Positions 9,110-16,663 of a DNA stretch of 17,325 nucleotides are shown here, piece by piece. The stretch's first letter is position 1. Each line of letters begins with the position of its first letter. The position numbers were made by a program, and so were the translations under genes. This DNA comes from Candidatus Bathyarchaeia archaeon. GTDB lineage: Archaea > Thermoproteota > Bathyarchaeia > TCS64. The stretch is from assembly GCA_050014495.1 (NCBI GenBank), contig JBEKDF010000050.1, positions 1 through 17,325 on the forward strand, written 5' to 3'. Under the pieces are notes generated by a model. The model saw only the letters and a program-made list of their open reading frames with translations. It made no database searches and was not told the origin of the DNA.

Positions 9110-10564
9110 ATGGTTGAATCAAGGACTAGAACAACTACCCGAAACTTGAAAATCGAAGAAACTCTTGACCCTGAAAACTGGGAGGAGATGAAGGACCTTG
9201 CAAGAAGAATGGCCGAGGATATGGTCACCTTCCAACAGAACATACGAGAGGAGCCTGAATTCAAACCAATACCTGAACCAGTCATAGAGTATCTAAAACA
9301 AAGTGCCCCTCGAGAGGGAATTGGAACTGAAGAGGTCTACCAGGAGTTCCTCACCAAGATTCTTGCAAATCACGGTAGCTGGTATCAGGGACCAAAGTTT
9401 TGGGCTATGGTTTTAGCCAACAGCACTCCCTTCGCGGCACTCGCCGAAATGTGGCGTTCAGGCCTTAACACCTCATCTGGCTGGCCTGCCCAATTGGACA
9501 CGAAGGTCGAGTTACAGGTGATACAGTGGTTCAAGGAAGTCCTCGGATACCCGAGTGAAGCATCGGGGGTGCTAGTCTCAGGGGGATCGATGGCGAACCT
9601 AGTCGCATTAACGGTTGCGAGGAACGCCAAAGCTGGCTACAACGTTAAGGAGATGGGTGTGAATGGGAAACTCACCTTCTATGGCTCCAGCGAGATGCAT
9701 AGCTCAATACAACGAGACCTGGAGACCCTCGGTGTGGGAAATGAGCAGCTTAGGAGAATACCCTCTGACGAGAACTATAAAATACGAATCGACGAACTGG
9801 ATAAAAGAATTGAGGAGGACAAGAAGAACGGCTACACGCCTGTTTGTGTAATAGGTAACTCTGGCTCAACTAACACCGGTTCCTTCGATGACTTCAACGC
9901 TTTATCGGAGCTGTGTAAGGAGAAGAACCTCTGGCTCCACGTTGACGGAGCCTTCGGAGCCTGGGTGGCATTATCGCAAAAGTATAAGCACCTGGTTTCC
10001 GGGCAGGAGAAGGCTGACTCCCTATCCTTCGACCTTCACAAGTGGATGTACATGCCGTTTGGGATCGGATGCACCCTGGTTAGGGACGCGGATGCTCACT
10101 ATCATACCTTCTCGGCTCACGCCGAGTATATCGCCCATGAGGATCGTTGGTTGATCGATTATGGTCCGGAGTTGAGTCGCCCTTTTAGGGCTTTGAAGGC
10201 ATGGATGTGCTTAAAGGAGCATGGCTTCGACAAGTATGGTCGGTTGATTGAGCAGAATATTGATCAGGCGAAGTATCTGAAGAGTTTGATAATGTCTCAT
10301 GCTGAACTTGAGTTGTTGGCACCCGTCGCCTCGAATGTTGTGTGCTTCCGATATGTGAGGGAGGGAGTTGACGAGAAAGGTCTCGATGTGATTAATCAGA
10401 GGATATTCGAGGAGGGTATGAAGGAGTTAGAGTTTGGTTATTGGCCCTCGAAGGTTGGGGATAGGTTCGCTATTAGGATTTGTATTGTGAATCACAGGAC
10501 TAGGCGTGAGGATCTTGCTCAGTTTGTTGACTGGGTTCTCGAAACGGGGAAGAAGGCTACTTAG
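9110..10564 (+). CDS. Group II PLP-dependent amino acid decarboxylase (aromatic-L-amino-acid/glutamate decarboxylase family)
   Basis: SGGSMAN, HSS, WLHVDGAFG, SFDLHKW (PLP lysine), ELSRPFRALK. Confidence 0.93.
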   Translation: MVESRTRTTTRNLKIEETLDPENWEEMKDLARRMAEDMVTFQQNIREEPEFKPIPEPVIEYLKQSAPREGIGTEEVYQEFLTKILANHGSWYQGPKFWAMVLANSTPFAALAEMWRSGLNTSSGWPAQLDTKVELQVIQWFKEVLGYPSEASGVLVSGGSMANLVALTVARNAKAGYNVKEMGVNGKLTFYGSSEMHSSIQRDLETLGVGNEQLRRIPSDENYKIRIDELDKRIEEDKKNGYTPVCVIGNSGSTNTGSFDDFNALSELCKEKNLWLHVDGAFGAWVALSQKYKHLVSGQEKADSLSFDLHKWMYMPFGIGCTLVRDADAHYHTFSAHAEYIAHEDRWLIDYGPELSRPFRALKAWMCLKEHGFDKYGRLIEQNIDQAKYLKSLIMSHAELELLAPVASNVVCFRYVREGVDEKGLDVINQRIFEEGMKELEFGYWPSKVGDRFAIRICIVNHRTRREDLAQFVDWVLETGKKAT

Positions 10565-10573
10565 GTTTTAGGG

Positions 10574-10620
10574 CATAGTCTTATCCTCACTTTCACCCGA
10601 TACTCAATTAGTGATGATTA
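10574..10620 (+). repeat. Array leader repeat copy 3
   Basis: catagtcttatcctcactttcacccgatactcaattagtgatgatta before TTG 10621. Confidence 0.9.
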
Positions 10621-11226
10621 TTGGTTGATGCGCAGACGGTTGGAGTTTTGGTCACAGGAGCGAGTGTGACGGTGGCGGCGATATACTATGTGATGAACAT
10701 CAGAATAAGCCAGAGGAACCAGGAGCTGAGTCTCAAAGCCCTTGAACAATCCGCTAAGACTCAGGAACTACAATTAAAGGCTCAGGAGCAGAACCTCGAA
10801 ACAAGACAGGCGCAGCTATTCATGCAGCTCTTCGACCGATTTAGCGGAACGGAGCTATCAATGGATTATGGTAAGCTGAGATACGACATCTGCCCAAAAT
10901 GCCACGACAACCCAGAGGAGTTTGGGGAGTACGTCACAAGGGAGATAAACGATCACTTTAATCCCGAGGTGTTTCTTCCGGTTCACCAGTTCGCTCTCTT
11001 CTTTGAGGGAGTCTCAGTTCTCGCCCAGAAGAGGCTGATAGATATGGATATGGTGGACAGACTCTTCGCTGACCGGATAGTCTGGTACTGGAATATGGCC
11101 AAGCCCCGCATACTCCAAGACAGGAAGGTTCAGGGACCAGAGCTGCTATCAAACTTCGAGTGGCTTGCCAATCAGATGGCAGGTAAATATACCGCACGTA
11201 CACAGTCGGGCCAGATTCTCCAATAA
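10621..11226 (+). CDS. Array paralog, DUF4760-like (type A anchor, 36-aa stalk)
   Basis: MVDAQTVGVLVT..YY, ETRQAQLFMQ, FFEGVSVLAQKRLID, NFEWLA. Confidence 0.85.
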   Translation: MVDAQTVGVLVTGASVTVAAIYYVMNIRISQRNQELSLKALEQSAKTQELQLKAQEQNLETRQAQLFMQLFDRFSGTELSMDYGKLRYDICPKCHDNPEEFGEYVTREINDHFNPEVFLPVHQFALFFEGVSVLAQKRLIDMDMVDRLFADRIVWYWNMAKPRILQDRKVQGPELLSNFEWLANQMAGKYTARTQSGQILQ

Positions 11227-11271
11227 CAGTTTTTATCTTCATCCGGATCCTAAACATATCTCGTGATTAGT
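11227..11271 (+). promoter_or_regulatory. Degenerate leader (TTTATC box plus GTGA RBS) with the same geometry as the array repeat
   Basis: agtttttatcttca...cgtgattagtATG; TTTATC 11232-11237 lies 34 nt before ATG 11272. Confidence 0.6.
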
Positions 11272-12255
11272 ATGGTCAACTGGTTGAGGGAGTCGAGAGA
11301 CCCGAGGCACAGACCGACGCTTGACGACTTCAGGGACGCGTCTATAAGGCTTAACGGTGTCATCCTCCGAACACCCCTGATTCCCCTGAGGAGGTACCGG
11401 GAGGAGGACACAGGTATCTATCTAAAGCCCGAGGTCCTGCAACCCATAGGCAGCTACAAGATAAGAGGAGTCTACAACTGGGTCGCGAGACTCAAACCCG
11501 AAGAGAGAGCCCGGGGAATCGCCACACTTAGCTCGGGGAACATGGCACAAGCCGTGGGCTATGTAGCTAACCTATTCAACATACCCTCAAGGGTAGCAAT
11601 ATCAGAAGCAGCGCCTCAGAGCAAGATCAACAACTGCAGGAAATATGGCTCTGAGATCGAGCTAGTCAAGTTCAACGACGAGACCTTCTCCAACGCTGAC
11701 TCACTCGCCCACGGTCACTGCTTCATCCACACCCTAAGAGAGTACGGTTTGATGGACGGTTACGGGACCATAGGCTTGGAGGTACTTGAGGACACACCAG
11801 ACGTCGACACAATATACGTGGCACTGGGAGCTGGGTTCTTATCGTGTGGAATATCCCTCGCGGCGAAGGCACTGAATCCAGGCATAAGAGTCATCGGAGT
11901 CAACGCCGAGAACAGCCCACATTACTACTCTGCGCTTAGAGGGGGCAAACCGATTCCATACAACTTCAAGCCGACGATAGCCGACGGAATCGACCCCGGC
12001 GGTGCCCTAATGCCGAAGGAATCTATCGAGATGGTTCGGGAATGCCTGGACGATGTTGTCACAGTGTCTGAGGAGGAGATGATTAAGGCTATTCGCCTGC
12101 TAGCCGTGGAGAATAAGCTGGTGGTGGAGGGGGCCGGGGCTTCGAGTCTGGCGGCTGCGTTTAAGTCGCCTAAAGGGGAGCGTGGTAAGTCTGTTTGCAT
12201 ACTTTCTGGTGGAAGCATTGATGCTGTGAAGCTCGCCCACATACTTGAGAATTAG
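11272..12255 (+). CDS. PLP-dependent threonine/serine dehydratase (or racemase) family enzyme, no regulatory domain
   Basis: LKPEVLQPIGSYKIRG (PLP lysine), SSGNMAQAV, GYGTIGLE, VVEGAGA, ILSGGSID; ATG 11272 follows the GTGA RBS (ORF track start 11263). Confidence 0.9.
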   Translation: MVNWLRESRDPRHRPTLDDFRDASIRLNGVILRTPLIPLRRYREEDTGIYLKPEVLQPIGSYKIRGVYNWVARLKPEERARGIATLSSGNMAQAVGYVANLFNIPSRVAISEAAPQSKINNCRKYGSEIELVKFNDETFSNADSLAHGHCFIHTLREYGLMDGYGTIGLEVLEDTPDVDTIYVALGAGFLSCGISLAAKALNPGIRVIGVNAENSPHYYSALRGGKPIPYNFKPTIADGIDPGGALMPKESIEMVRECLDDVVTVSEEEMIKAIRLLAVENKLVVEGAGASSLAAAFKSPKGERGKSVCILSGGSIDAVKLAHILEN

Positions 12256-12260
12256 TCGCT

Positions 12261-12310
12261 AATAGCAGGTCTTATCCTCACTTCCACCAGAATGTAATCA
12301 GTGATGAATA
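12261..12310 (+). repeat. Array leader repeat copy 5
   Basis: aatagcaggtcttatcctcacttccaccagaatgtaatcagtgatgaata before ATG 12311. Confidence 0.9.
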
Positions 12311-12886
12311 ATGGTTGATGTTAGTTTGCTTCAATCGGCATCGTATGTGGCAGCAGCGATAGGAGTCTGCATGGCAGCATTCTACTACGCATTAAACCTA
12401 AGAGAAACAACGAGGAACCGACGCATGGCACTCACCACGAACCTCATGCAGTCACTCTTCTCCGAGGAGGGAAACCGACGCTTCCTAAACCTACTGATGA
12501 TGGAGTGGAAAGACCAGGATGACTTCATGAAGAAGTACGACTCGAGGGTGAACGGCCAGAACTTCATAGATAGGATGACCTACTGGGAGGCATGCGAGAT
12601 ACTGGGATACCAGTACAGGGCTGGGCTCATCGATAAGCAGACGCTGTACGGCATCGGGCGGGGGCAGATCACGGCGGTTTGGGCGAAGTTCAAGCCCGTC
12701 ATCGAGGAGTACAGGAAGGCCGACTTTCTCCCGGATATGTTTGAGAACTTCGAGTTCCTCGCAAATGACCTGTGGAAGATCGCTGAGGGTAAGGGTGCTA
12801 CTGGTAGGCGTTATGAGACTCATGGGGTCAGGGCGGATGAGTATGAGGGTGCCTTTAGTGGTGAGGGGGCTAAGCAGGGTCTGTAG
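12311..12886 (+). CDS. Array paralog, DUF4760-like (type B anchor)
   Basis: MVDVSLLQSASY..YY, WKDQDDFMKKYDS, EILGYQYRAGLID, WAKFKPVIEEYR, NFEFLA. Confidence 0.85.
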   Translation: MVDVSLLQSASYVAAAIGVCMAAFYYALNLRETTRNRRMALTTNLMQSLFSEEGNRRFLNLLMMEWKDQDDFMKKYDSRVNGQNFIDRMTYWEACEILGYQYRAGLIDKQTLYGIGRGQITAVWAKFKPVIEEYRKADFLPDMFENFEFLANDLWKIAEGKGATGRRYETHGVRADEYEGAFSGEGAKQGL

Positions 12887-12890
12887 GTGT

Positions 12891-12937
12891 CAATAGCCTT
12901 ATCTTCACTCCTACCTGACTCTAACCAGTGACTTATA
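12891..12937 (+). repeat. Array leader repeat copy 6
   Basis: caatagccttatcttcactcctacctgactctaaccagtgacttata before TTG 12938. Confidence 0.93.
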
Positions 12938-13492
12938 TTGGTTGATGCGCAGACGGTTGGAGTATTGGTCACAGCGGCAAGCGTGACGGTAGCGGCGTTC
13001 TACTACATCTACAACCTCAGAGTATCAAACCGCATGAGTCGAATCACATTCACAAACAGCATACTCCAGAGCCGCATAATCAAAGAAGAGATGAAGGTTT
13101 ACGTCGAACTACTAAATGACAGCTGGGACAGCTACCAGGACTACCTGAAGAAGTACGGGGAGGGGAACAGCGAAGGCTGGGCCCGCTCGAGGGCGTGGTT
13201 CTACTTCTACGACACACTGGGGTACCTTCTCATGGATAAGGTGGTGGATAATCGAACCCTGTACACTGGTGGTGGGGGTGGAATAGCGGTTATTCGGCTG
13301 TGGACTAAGTTTTCGCCGATATTCAGGGAGATGAGGGCCACTGGTTCTGAGGATTATATGAAGGGTTTTGAGTATCTCTTCTATGAGATAGCTCGAATGC
13401 GTGACAGGCTTGATCCGAGCTTCGAGAGGAATAACCCGGCCTCTTATTCTCTTTATAAATCGGGCGAGTACGAGGCACCCTTTTCGAAATGA
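12938..13492 (+). CDS. Array paralog, DUF4760-like (type A anchor)
   Basis: MVDAQTVGVLVT..YY, WDSYQDYLKKYG, YDTLGYLL, WTKFSPI, GFEYL. Confidence 0.85.
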   Translation: MVDAQTVGVLVTAASVTVAAFYYIYNLRVSNRMSRITFTNSILQSRIIKEEMKVYVELLNDSWDSYQDYLKKYGEGNSEGWARSRAWFYFYDTLGYLLMDKVVDNRTLYTGGGGGIAVIRLWTKFSPIFREMRATGSEDYMKGFEYLFYEIARMRDRLDPSFERNNPASYSLYKSGEYEAPFSK

Positions 13493-13539
13493 TCGGTGAT
13501 TGGAAACGGGTGCTTATTGGGGGATTGATCTCAATCGAG

Positions 13540-13585
13540 ATAGTCTTATCCTCACTTCCACCTGACTCTAATCCAGTGATGATTA
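13540..13585 (+). repeat. Array leader repeat copy 7
   Basis: atagtcttatcctcacttccacctgactctaatccagtgatgatta before ATG 13586. Confidence 0.95.
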
Positions 13586-14227
13586 ATGGTTGACTTAACG
13601 TTGCTCCAGTCGGTTAGCTACATCGCTGGGGCGTTGGGAGTATGCGTAGCTGCGATATATTATGTGATGAACCTGAGGATTAGCCAGCGGAACCAGCAGC
13701 TTAGCCTGCAAGCACTGGAACAATCCGCTAAGGCACAGGAACTCGGCTTGAAGACCCAGGAGCTCGCCTTGAAGTCCCAGCAGCAGAACCTAGAGACGAG
13801 GCAGGCCCAGCTCTTCATGCAGATATACCTACGCTACCTCGAACCGGACCTATTCAGCGACAACCTGCCAAAACTCTTCAAAAGAAGCTGGAAGGGTGCC
13901 GAGGACTACTGGAAAAAATATGAAACCGAAAAAGACGGGGGAAACCTAAACATGATGATGGCCTTCTACGAGGGCATCGCGGTCCTGGTCAACAGGGGCA
14001 TGCTTGACATCGGCCTAGTTTATGAGATCATGCCGACGAATGTGACTGCCTTCTGGGGAAGGTATGGCACTCTGATTAAGGAGATGAGGACCATGGGCTA
14101 CCCTCCACGATTGTATTGCTTGGTTGAGGAGCTCTCTGATAAGTTAACTGAGTACGCTAAGAAGAAAAGTGATCAAATAGTAACGGACTACACAGCAGCA
14201 GAATTGAGGCCCTCCAATCCAGTATGA
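13586..14227 (+). CDS. Array paralog, DUF4760-like (type B anchor, 43-aa stalk)
   Basis: MVDLTLLQSVSY..YY, ETRQAQLFMQ, FYEGIAVLVNRGMLD. Confidence 0.85.
   Translation: MVDLTLLQSVSYIAGALGVCVAAIYYVMNLRISQRNQQLSLQALEQSAKAQELGLKTQELALKSQQQNLETRQAQLFMQIYLRYLEPDLFSDNLPKLFKRSWKGAEDYWKKYETEKDGGNLNMMMAFYEGIAVLVNRGMLDIGLVYEIMPTNVTAFWGRYGTLIKEMRTMGYPPRLYCLVEELSDKLTEYAKKKSDQIVTDYTAAELRPSNPV
13736..13777 (+). repeat. 21-nt in-frame tandem duplication (one heptad)
   Basis: caggaactcggcttgaagacc / caggagctcgccttgaagtcc, 18 of 21 identical (QELGLKT QELALKS). Confidence 0.85.
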
Positions 14228-14240
14228 TTACTGCACGCGC

Positions 14241-14263
14241 TAGTCTTATCTTCACTTCAACCT
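14241..14263 (+). repeat. Truncated array leader repeat (5' half only, no gene follows)
   Basis: tagtcttatcttcacttcaacct then unrelated atgcgtacgcg; no GTGA or start. Confidence 0.8.
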
Positions 14264-14289
14264 ATGCGTACGCGTTTTGGAACCTTAGT

Positions 14290-15273
14290 TTATTTAATCG
14301 AGAAAAGCTTCCTCGCGTTCTCCCCGAGGATCATCTTCTTCTCCTCCTCCGTGAAGGCGCTCTCCCTTATGCTCGTTATGGCACGAGGCAGGTCACCGAT
14401 CACGTGAGGATAGTCGCTCCCCATCAGCATCTTCTCCGCTCCAACGAAGTCATAGGCGCAATTCAGCGCCGGCTGATAGAAGGTGACTGTGTCGTAGTAC
14501 ATGTTCCTGAGGAACTCGCTTGGAGGCCTGGAGATGTTCACCTTACACTCGGGATACGCCCTGTAGCAGAAGTCGAGCCTCTCCAGAAGGTAGGGCAGGG
14601 TCCCACCAAGGTGCGCGAGGATAAGCTTCAGGGAGGGATACTTCACGAACACGCCGCTGAAGATCATCCTCAGCGCACCCAGTGAGGTGTCGAAGGGGAA
14701 TCCGATCATCGGGGCCAACCGGTAGTCCTTGAAGATGTCGCCCGCGAGAGGCGTAAATGGGTGCATGAAGAGCGGGACACCCATCCTGGATATCTTGTCG
14801 TAGATGGGCCAGAGCTCAGGTGAGTCGAGGGTCTTCCCCGCTAGGTTGGAGAAGGTGACTACGCCCTTCATCCCCAGGTCATTGACCGCCCGGTCCAGCT
14901 CATCCATGGCCCCGTCAATGTCGTTGAAGGGGAGGGTGGCCATGCCGGCGAACCTGTCCGGGTACTTCTCGGCGATCGCGGACGTCTCGTCGTTCACGAG
15001 CCTCGCGAAGGCGATGCTGTCCTTCGGCTCCATCGAGTAGACGGATGGCGTCGTCATGCTCAGGATCTGCATATCCATGCCGCCCTTATCCATGTCCTTC
15101 AGCCTCTTCTCGATGTTGCTCATCTCCTCGGTTATAGTGACGATCCTGACGCCTCGGTCCACGATGATGGGGCGCCCCAGCTCGTCCTTTTCGAGGACGG
15201 GTGAGGTCTTTCTCTTCTTGAGTGCTTCGAGGTATTTTGGTGGGAAGTAATGAACATGAACGTCGATGCTCAT
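14290..15273 (-). CDS. Amidohydrolase-2 family protein (ACMSD/aromatic acid decarboxylase-like)
   Basis: MSIDVHVH (HxH), LFMHP, LAHLGGTLPYL, MGSDYPH; ATG 15273 has a GTGA RBS and CTTATC box upstream (ORF track start 15333). Confidence 0.9.
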   Translation of the reverse strand: MSIDVHVHYFPPKYLEALKKRKTSPVLEKDELGRPIIVDRGVRIVTITEEMSNIEKRLKDMDKGGMDMQILSMTTPSVYSMEPKDSIAFARLVNDETSAIAEKYPDRFAGMATLPFNDIDGAMDELDRAVNDLGMKGVVTFSNLAGKTLDSPELWPIYDKISRMGVPLFMHPFTPLAGDIFKDYRLAPMIGFPFDTSLGALRMIFSGVFVKYPSLKLILAHLGGTLPYLLERLDFCYRAYPECKVNISRPPSEFLRNMYYDTVTFYQPALNCAYDFVGAEKMLMGSDYPHVIGDLPRAITSIRESAFTEEEKKMILGENARKLFSIK

Positions 15274-15318
15274 CTTCAGTTCACGGAGAGAGTTTAGAAG
15301 CACCCTGAGATAAGACTT
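15274..15318 (-). promoter_or_regulatory. Probable promoter/RBS of the amidohydrolase gene
   Basis: Minus strand reads agtCTTATCtca...ccGTGAactgaagATG; CTTATC is 35 nt before ATG, the same spacing as in the repeat. Confidence 0.6.
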
Positions 15319-15379
15319 CGGAGGCGGATTCATTACTGTAATCGCTTTGGAATAGTCTTCATGTTGATGGTCCCATCCT

Positions 15380-15426
15380 CAATAGCCTTATCCTCACTTC
15401 CACCTGACCCTAATCCAGTGATTCTA
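15380..15426 (+). repeat. Array leader repeat copy 9
   Basis: caatagccttatcctcacttccacctgaccctaatccagtgattcta before TTG 15427. Confidence 0.95.
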
Positions 15427-15975
15427 TTGGTTGATGCACAGACGATCGGAATATTGGTAACAGCTGTAAGCGTGACGATAGCAGCGGTCTACTATGTGAT
15501 GAACCTCCGAGTCCAGCAGAGAAACGTGAAGACCACCATCGAGACGAGGCGAATAGGACTCCTAGACAGCGTCATCAATCGAGCGAGCGACGCAGAGGGG
15601 ATGAGGTACTTGTTTGAACTAATGAGATATGAGTGGAGCGACTACGGGGACTTCGAGAGGAAATACGGTTCAGAGAACAACCCCGAAGCCGCAGCCAAGA
15701 GATATGCGTTGTGTAACACCTACAACTCGATTGGCATGATGATCCGTAAGGGTCTGGTTGACGCTGTGGACCTCTACGATTTGGGTTTAACGGGTCCAAT
15801 CTACCTATATGCGAAGTACAGACCCGTCATCGAGGAAGGTCGGAGGAGGTACCACGGGAAGGACTACCAGAGGGACTTCGAGTTCCTCGCGGATGAGGTG
15901 CTGAGGGTCATGAAGGAGAAGGATCCCACATTCGTTTTCCCTGAGACTCTTGACAAGTACGTCCCGGATAAGTGA
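15427..15975 (+). CDS. Array paralog, DUF4760-like (type A anchor, 15-aa stalk)
   Basis: True start TTG 15427 (MVDAQTIGILVT) by homology; WSDYGDFERKYGS, YNSIGMMIRKGLVD, DFEFLA. Confidence 0.85.
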   Translation: MVDAQTIGILVTAVSVTIAAVYYVMNLRVQQRNVKTTIETRRIGLLDSVINRASDAEGMRYLFELMRYEWSDYGDFERKYGSENNPEAAAKRYALCNTYNSIGMMIRKGLVDAVDLYDLGLTGPIYLYAKYRPVIEEGRRRYHGKDYQRDFEFLADEVLRVMKEKDPTFVFPETLDKYVPDK

Positions 15976-15981
15976 ACGTCA

Positions 15982-16028
15982 CAATAGCCTTATCCTCACT
16001 TCAACCCGACTCTAACCAGTGATGAATA
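15982..16028 (+). repeat. Array leader repeat copy 10
   Basis: caatagccttatcctcacttcaacccgactctaaccagtgatgaata before ATG 16029. Confidence 0.95.
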
Positions 16029-16622
16029 ATGGTAGATCTAGCTGAGGTCCAAACAGCCTACTACATGGTGGCAGCAACCGGAGTAATCGTGGCAGCGATC
16101 TACTACGTCTACAACATGAGGATAAGCCAGAGAAACTCAGCACTAGCCCTAAAAGCGCAGGAACAGAACCTCGAGACGAGGCAAACCCAGCTCTTCATGC
16201 AGGTCATGGATCAAATGGATCAGCAGTGGCAAGCCGACTTCTGGGATCTGCTCAACAACTGGCAGTGGGAGGACTTCGACGACTACATGAAGAAGTACGG
16301 CACACTAGAGAACCCCAAATTCATGAACGTATTCAGCACCCTAGAGCACATCGGAATACTCGTCAACGATGGGCAGCTGAACCCGAGGAGATTATACCTC
16401 TGGATTGGGGGGTTCCTTATCTCGCTGTGGAGCAAGTATGAGCCAGTAATCCTGGGGTGGAGGGAGAGGTACGAGAAACCTCCTAAGGGCATGTTCTCCG
16501 AGTTCGTCGAGTCTCTTGTTCTGGCGATGAGTAATGAGCGGAGGGTGGATGATTTCAGTGCACGCTTGGAGTCGAGGAGGCTTGCCTGGGAGTCCCTCAG
16601 AGCGGCATCATCCCCTCAATAG
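16029..16622 (+). CDS. Array paralog, DUF4760-like (type C anchor, 22-aa stalk)
   Basis: MVDLAEVQTAYY..AAIYY, ETRQTQLFMQ, WEDFDDYMKKYG, LEHIGILV, WSKYEPVI; stop TAG lies inside the next repeat. Confidence 0.85.
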   Translation: MVDLAEVQTAYYMVAATGVIVAAIYYVYNMRISQRNSALALKAQEQNLETRQTQLFMQVMDQMDQQWQADFWDLLNNWQWEDFDDYMKKYGTLENPKFMNVFSTLEHIGILVNDGQLNPRRLYLWIGGFLISLWSKYEPVILGWRERYEKPPKGMFSEFVESLVLAMSNERRVDDFSARLESRRLAWESLRAASSPQ

Positions 16623-16663
16623 CCTTATCCTCACTTCCACCTGAGTGTAAGCCGTGAACATGC
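16617..16663 (+). repeat. Array leader repeat copy 11
   Basis: caatagccttatcctcacttccacctgagtgtaagccgtgaacatgc before TTG 16664. Confidence 0.93.

Noticed and set aside
14224..14685. 153-aa plus-strand ORF
   Set aside because: Antisense shadow of the amidohydrolase, starting upstream of the broken repeat, with no recognisable motifs.
15361..15426. N-terminal extension MLMVPSSIALSSLPPDPNPVIL of ORF 15361..15975
   Set aside because: It is simply the repeat read in frame; homology places the start at TTG 15427.
983..16492. Numerous other 60-110 aa ORFs overlapping called genes
   Set aside because: They are alternative-frame or antisense shadows of well-supported CDSs.
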